From contig NC_058368.1 of the NCBI RefSeq assembly GCF_018350175.1, positions 248,001 through 312,000 on the forward strand: a DNA stretch of 64,000 bases, read 5' to 3'. Positions 1 to 64,000 of the stretch are shown here, one piece after another (position 1 is the first letter of the stretch; each line of letters opens with the position of its first letter). The notes beneath the pieces are model-generated. The model ran no database searches. It worked only from the letters and a program-made list of their open reading frames with translations, and was not told the DNA's origin. Made by a program: the position numbers and the translations under genes. Source of the stretch: Felis catus. Lineage: Eukaryota.

Positions 1-1357
1 TATCACTGTGCAAGGGTGATTTGGAGTGACAAAGAACATGAGACATAGAGGGGGCCTGAGGGAAAAGAAGATAGGGAGAAATAGCGTACACAAGAGAGTG
101 CCAAGGCCCCAACAACCAGGCCTCCCAGAGTGGGGAGGCCAGAACAAGGGAACCAGGTGCTGGATCCAAGGTGGATCCCTACTCCCATCAGCAGCGTGCA
201 CAGGGCCACAAGACAAGTGGGGTTCTAAAGATCAAGAAGGGAGTATCTCAAGGCATACATCATTTTTACTTTTGTTAACTTTAAGACTGTATACGGTTTT
301 GTTTTCAGCAGTATTTCCCTCCTTAATTTTCTTCAGGTTGAAAATGAAGTGTATTTGTATTTCCAGGGCACTGGCCAAAGGACAGCAGTGGAAGAGGAAT
401 GGAGGGAGAGCCCCTGCACCTGCGGGCAGAAGGTAAACAAGGCTGACACTGAGGGTGCTGACACCTGCGTGAGCAGGAGTGGTTTCTCATCTTTATCCCT
501 TCCCCTCTGTAAGGATACTGCCCCTACCTCAAGGTCACCCAGCCTCTTATCCACCTGCTCTTTGATGTATATTTTGGGGCAGGGCCAGGCTGTGGGGGAG
601 CCCACTGAATTCATGGGACACTTAGGAGACAGAGCCACTCCCAGGGGAACTAAGAGGGCTTGCCCATCCATCAATGTGAAGCAGCCTAGGGAAACACATG
701 GCTGGACTAGAGGCAGGCAAGGACCTCAGTGAAGTGTCTGGCTGCCTGGAGAGGGACCATAGATTGCACTGCAGTGACAAGAGGACTAGAAAGGCACAGT
801 GGGAAAAGGAAAACAGCTGACATGGACCTCTTGCCAGCCCTCCGCCCACCCATGTTCTGCCTCACACACTCTTCTTGAGCACCTGCACGTACCAGCCACT
901 GGGCCAGTGTTAGGGTCCCTGGAGCTCACTGTTAGAAGACAGACAGACACAGGAACCCCCTAAACTACAGTGTGGAGAGTATTGAATCAAAGTAAGGACA
1001 AAGCCATCGAAGCTCAGACAAAGGTACTGGCAGTCTTCTTGGCAAGGGACCCAGGAGGCTTCTTGGAGGAATAGACATGGGAGTCAGGCCCAGAAAGTGC
1101 ACAGGCTCAGTCAGTCAGTCACGGAGGGCAGGGAGAACCCTTCAAGCAGAGGAAGTAGCTTTTTGGAGAAGCAGAGAGCAGAGACTTTGCTGCTCTGATC
1201 TTCTCCCTGGCAGTGATGCCACCCCAGGGCTCTGGGCTATAGATTGCCACAGAGGCCAGCCTTGGGCCCCCGACTCACCACCCTAAGGCCTGCAGACTCC
1301 TCCCATGATGAGGCCCTGAGTCCTGGTGGGACCCACCCATATGGCTTCCCTTCACAG

Positions 1358-1459
1358 GCCACTTCTGCCCAGATGGTGCCATCACCATGCCATGCCTGGC
1401 CAGGACCTTTGAAAGCAGGAGGGAGACACCCCACCCCAACACCAGCTTCTGCTTAGCAG
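1358..1459 (+). CDS. Possible degenerate upstream exon of the repeat gene
   Basis: ccttcacag|...|gtcagt, phase 1-1, (G)HFCPDGAITMPCLARTFESRRETPHPNTSFCLA resembles an eroded repeat unit. Confidence 0.4.
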
Positions 1460-2149
1460 GTCAGTTCTGAATTTTGTCTGCTGTTTGTACGATGGGAAGA
1501 GTGAGTTGCTGACTTTGCTGATTAGGTGCTCATCCAAAGTCTACCATACATACTTCATGATGCTGACTATAGCCAGCAGCATCTCCAGGCCCTGGTAGAG
1601 GTGAACACCAGGAAAGCCCCACTCAGGATGCAGCAGGCCCCATCAGGCTACCAGGTCTGGGAGCCCCATGTTGTCTTTGCTCAGCTGGGAAAATCAGGAC
1701 ATGTGCAGGAAGTTCAAGGCAGCCCAAATTGTTCAACATAGAGTTTAAAGACAGAGAGGTCATGTGGCTGGGAACCACTCGCACTGAGCACATGGAGAAA
1801 AGAAACGAACAGTTTAAAAGTGAAGAATGAAAGTGCTGGTAGGCACAAGGGAGGAGTGGTCAGGAGCCCAGACAGAGAACACCATGTGGGAATTGGGACA
1901 CATCCAGATCTGCTATTGATGGACAATCAGTAGGTTCCTTGACCTCTCTAAGCCTCAGTAGTAATATTTGCCTTATAAGGCTTCTGTGGGCATCAGACAA
2001 GACATCTATATAAAGGACCTTGCACTGAACCTAGCACATATTGAGTGCTCAGGAAAGAGTTGCTTCTGACCTCATAATCACCGCCATCAACAACTTCCCC
2101 TATTACCTTGGAAGAATGAGTCTGGGGGCAGAGAAGGGGTATTTATCAG

Positions 2150-2239
2150 GTCAGACCACTCAGTGTCCTGAGGGAATATTCCCCCTCTCCTGCCCCAGCA
2201 CTACCAGATGCACCACCACAGATCACAACGCACTGTCAT
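2150..2239 (+). CDS. Possible degenerate upstream exon
   Basis: ttatcag|...|gtaagt, phase 1-1, QTTQCPEGIFPLSCPSTTRCTTTDHNALS; weak repeat resemblance. Confidence 0.25.
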
Positions 2240-3783
2240 GTAAGTGCTTGTGACAGCCACTAGTGGTTGAGGAGAGCTTGTGACCACCCTGGGGATGTAA
2301 CGATTTGGGGGCTCAGGAAGCTCACTCGCTCCCCAGGATCATCTAATTTTGGCAGCGAAGCCAGGACCAGAACCCAGGTGTCAAGACAACACAGGGCTGA
2401 TGCCCTCCCCTGCAAGCCTGGGCAGGGTTGAGGCTCCTGAACTTCAGCCCCACACACAGTGCTGTATGGGATAGGAGGGCACCTGCCAATCCAGCTGCTG
2501 GCCTTTGGACAGGGTCACTGCCATCAGCGATAATGGTGTGTGGTGTTGGGGGGCCCTGAATACCCAAGAGACCCACCACATCATGGGCCCTAGGCCACTG
2601 CTCCCTGCACACAATAGGTCTCACTGCCCACTTGCCTGTCCCCTAGCCCAAACAGTTCTCTCCCCTTGCCTGCAAGCTCTCCACTGCTTATTCTTTTAGT
2701 GCTGTCTCCAAAGGCCAATACAGGATTTCTCCAGAAAAATATAAATGGCCACAAACATCTTCCTGCTTCCCATCTGTCACAACTCTGCAACAGTTCTGAG
2801 CACCAGTTTACTTGCCATGGGCTGGGTGGCACTTGAGGCCCCTCCAAGCTCTGACATCCTGAGTCTGTGACTCATGGAACACAGTACAGGTTTGACCTGG
2901 CAGGGGAGGAAAGGCCCAAGCATAGTGGGGTGGGGCTGGAGCACCTCTTGGGTGTCAGACTCTGCACTAAGTGTTCTCACATGTGTTAGCTCACATAACA
3001 CCATCGAACACCATCGATTATGATCTGGGGCTCATAATCCCCTCTGAACTTCAGAGGTCAATTAAGTGGCTTGGGTCACATAGAGTGAGGTCACAGTGCA
3101 AACCCACATCTGTCTCATTACTTTGTAACACCCCAAGAATGCCCCGAAGTCCACATGGATGGATGTTGGATGGTTTTGAAAGGAAGAAAAAGAGGCAGGG
3201 ACAAATTCCTCACAGCCTCCATTTTGCCCAATTCTGAGGCTGTTAACTGGAGACAGGGCTGGATCCCTGGTAAGTGGTTCAAGGAAACAGATTTCTGTGA
3301 CGGAGCCTCTCAGCTACTTTTCTGTGAAGTTCTGAAGCCACCAACTCCCTGGGCCATTCCTCGGAGCCATGGAGGAAAGTGTGATGCTTCCTCTGCAGCC
3401 CAGGGCCAAGACCAGCCCCCACCAGAACCAGCCCCTGGAGGATAGGGCCAAAGTGGGCACTCAGGTGAGATAGCTGAGTAGGAAGGAGTCATTTCCTCTG
3501 CAGGTCCCAGGAGTTGGAGAGCGAGGAGCAAAGTGTCCAGCAGCATCACCTGTGGTCACACATTAACTCTCCTACTAGGAACCCCAGTTCCCATGTGAGG
3601 ACAGAGTGAGGGCAGAGGCTGTCCCACACTGAGACAGAGCAACAGAAACAGCAAAACTAGGAAAGTGACCCAGCCTCCAAGAAAGTGAAGATAGGTCTGG
3701 TGTGAGCCACAGCAGCCGGAAAGTTTCCTTTCTCCCCAGGGTGTTGGAACTGTGATGCTGCGATGTTGAAACTAGGACTCACG

Positions 3784-4052
3784 TTGGAGCGCCTGGGTGG
3801 CGCAGTCGGTTAAGCATCCGACTTCAGCCAGGTCACGATCTCACGGTCCGTGAGTTCGAGCCCCGCGTCAGGCTCTGGGTTGATGGCTCGGAGTCTGGAG
3901 CCTGTTTCCGATTCTGTGTCTCCCTCTCTCTCTGCCCCTCCCCCGTTCATGCTCTGTCTCTCTCTGTCCCAAAAATAAATAAATAAATAAATAAGTAAGT
4001 AAATAAATAAATAAATAAATAAATAAAAGAAAGACCACCAGGCTCTCTGGGC

Positions 4053-4081
<29 letters not shown>
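3784..4081 (+). mobile_element. Young felid-type Can-SINE with 16-bp target-site duplication
   Basis: GCGCCTGGGTGGCGCAGTCGGTTAAGC head, CT-rich tract, (AAAT)n and poly(A); perfect TSD gaaactaggactcacg at 3768-3783 and 4082-4097. Confidence 0.95.
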
Positions 4082-4084
<3 letters not shown>

Positions 4085-4524
4085 ACTAGGACTCACGAAG
4101 ACTTGCCGGGTGCCCAGTACTGCACAGGGGCTCTGTCACATTGCACAGTGTTGTCACAGCAAGCCTGGGAAGCTGTGTTGTTGTAATCCCATTTTATAGA
4201 AAGGAAGATGGGAGTTTGAGAAGCCAGGAGACTCCCTGTCATAGTCGTCTGTGGGCTGTGCTGCTGAGGCAGTGGGAGCCCCCTGAAACCTGCAGCACTG
4301 AGAGAGCAAGGAAGCCACTGGTCTCTGCATGGAGAGGAAAGGACCCCCCCCCCCCCACTCTGCACCTTGGTAAATGCCGATGGCAACCCTCCTCCCTGCA
4401 CTCCCAGGCCCACAGGAGGATCAGACCCACCAGGGCCTGGGAAGCATTCATTGTTTTCCTTTTGAGGCCAGCAACGCAGGTCCTTTGGAGAGAACTGCAG
4501 TGATGTGGGCTGTTCTCTCCCCAG

Positions 4525-61976
<57,452 letters not shown>

Positions 61977-63689
61977 GTGAGAGGCAAGTGCCCAGGGATG
62001 GGACAATGATGGCAGATGGAAAGTCATAATATTAACTCTGTATAGCACCTAAGTGTGCATTTCACATTTGTCATCTCACTTGACGTTCAGCACCCCTGTG
62101 CCATACCTGGACAGCATCTTCTGACCACAGAAGATGGTCCTGGGCCCAGGGAGCGGTGTGATTTGCCAGAGGAGAAGGAGACTCATATAACACATGGCAG
62201 AGTGATGTCTGCCCAGCTTTCCTGTCGGCCACATCCACCACTGTGTTTTAGGGCTGGCCTTGTGTAGGATATCAGGGTAACAAGGGCCCTAAGGCTTTTG
62301 AGAGTCTCCCTAGTTTATACCTTTAGTTCTATTTTTCTAAAGGGCATAAGTAACACATACTGCCCACAAAAGTTCCATCAGTACAAAAAAGTAAGCAATG
62401 GGAAGCTAAAGTCCACTTGAGCCCAAATCTCAGCAGCCTCACAGGTCTGTGGGTGAGTATTCATTTGCTCTTCTGTGGACCCCGTGGAAGCCCCTTCCAT
62501 GACAGCCCATACTCTGAAATACTCCTGCCACTCACAAGAGTCTAAACTCTTGTAAAGCCTTCTTCCTTTAGGACCTGGGTGTTGAGCTTCACTGCAAAGA
62601 AGCATGTGTTCAGTTCCCACCCGGACTCTGAGTCCCCAGACAGGGCTTGTGACAGGACAGGAACGGGGTGTGGAGGGACATCCATGGGCCTCACTACCTG
62701 CTCTGACTTAGAACCACACTCAGAAATCTGAGAGCCCAAAACTGAGCATCATCCTGGGTGGGTCTAGCAGATGACAGCTCTGGGCGTGTGGTCTCTAAGC
62801 TACCCCTGAATGGCCCTGATGTCTCTATGTTTGGGCTACTGACTAAAACACAGCTCTGGCTGCCACAGTGGGTGACCCTGGCTCTATGTTAGAAGTGGTC
62901 AGTGCTGTTTCCCCCTTTGCTCCTGGCTCCTCTCCCTCCCTGTGAGTGCCCAGTGGATGCCAGTCTAGGTAAGAAGGGGGCTACCAGGCTGCTTTCTGCA
63001 AGGCTATATCACTTGTTTACTTTTTCCATGATGGCAGCCCTAGAATAAGAGGGCCATCTGCCCTCAATGGCCCTAGGGGAGAGGAGTTGGGGAGCAGGTC
63101 AGACACTAGCACCCCTCCCTGGTGTGCTTGCTGCATGTGTGGTCTATGAGACCCTGGGGATGGAGAATGTTATTAAGAGCTTTCCTTGACCTTCTCTGAA
63201 ACCATTCCCTCTTCTTAAACTTCTGGGCTGGGATATCTGGCCAACTGATCATGAGAAGGAGAAAGACAAAATCTGAAATTTGCCTGGGACTAAGCTGTAA
63301 AAACTCCATGTCCCAAAGATCCTCTCCACAGGCACTGATAGGAGCTGAATGCAAGAGTTAGCTATTGCTAACTGGAGGCAGAGGCTTCCATTATTTCTTG
63401 ATAAGGAACACTTTTTTTCTAAAAAATTATGTGATGAAAGTTTAGCAAATTAAAAAGAAGAAAGCAATTAAATACCCTGTAGCCCATCAGGCTCCCTGTG
63501 GGTGGCTATTTCAGCAAGTCAGAGTGAAGTTCTTGGAGACTGCTGGCTGTGAGCCCCAACACAGCATGGGGCTTGGCAGTGGGTGTCCTGAGTGCCCCGG
63601 GGATGCACAAGCAAAACACAGTACTTAGAAGTGTTCAAGCAGTCAGAAGTAACAGCGTAGATATGGTGATAAAAGATAGGTATACCTTT

Positions 63690-63802
63690 GAACATTTCTG
63701 AATATAAAATCAACACATGGTACATCTTAAACTTACACAGTGTTATGTTAATGATATCTCAATAAAGCTAGAAAACCCAAAAAAAAAAAAAAAGAAAAAA
63801 AA
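63690..63802 (+). mobile_element. L1 3' terminal fragment with poly(A)
   Basis: tcaacacatggtacatcttaaacttacacagtgttatg...tatctcaataaagctagaaaa followed by an A-tail. Confidence 0.7.
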
Positions 63803-64000
63803 GATGTATAAGAAGGGAAGAGATTATGTATAAAAATTTAACTACTCACACATAAAAAACCACAATGTGTCTTTCAAGGTTCAATCTGCATATAGTTAGC
63901 ACATTGGAGAGATTGCCTGAAGGAAGGAGAGAGATGCAGGCAGGCTCTGGGATGAAAGGTGGAAGGAATAAAAAGGCAAGAGGCTCCCATCAAAGGCTTC

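Noticed and set aside
62572..62630. Candidate next exon after exon 60 (tcttcctttag acceptor)
   Set aside because: In the required phase 1 it hits TGA within four codons, with no convincing 3' UTR signal nearby; not supported as the terminal exon.

Overview
Mammalian (carnivoran, most likely felid, judged from tRNA-derived Can-SINEs of the cat type) genomic DNA. Almost the whole window is one large + strand spliced gene that the six-frame ORF track shows only in fragments. Reading splice sites by hand gives 60 GT-AG exons from 4525 to 61976 whose phases all chain into one stop-free frame of 9,483 nt (~3,160 aa). The protein has ~2,600 aa of tandem Cys/Pro/Gly-rich CPxGxxC repeats (GCC2/GCC3, ephrin-receptor-like type) organised as a ~200-aa higher-order repeat. 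These are followed by a ~350-aa non-repeat juxtamembrane domain, one transmembrane helix, and a cytoplasmic tail with an ITAM-like YxxL-x6-YxxL motif across an exon junction and a helical segment. Neither the start codon/signal peptide nor the stop codon is identifiable in the window. One internal four-exon block and several upstream exon-like relics have lost the cysteine pattern. I cannot give a firm gene symbol; from memory it resembles uncharacterised giant GCC2/GCC3-repeat membrane proteins (mouse predicted genes Gm32742/Gm9195 type, with protist homologues), which needs a BLAST check. Introns carry Can-SINEs (one with an apparent 3' transduction), L1, MLT1, Tigger1, MER53, MER5, MIR and L2 relics, a 3'-truncated 5S rRNA pseudogene and a short interstitial telomeric array.
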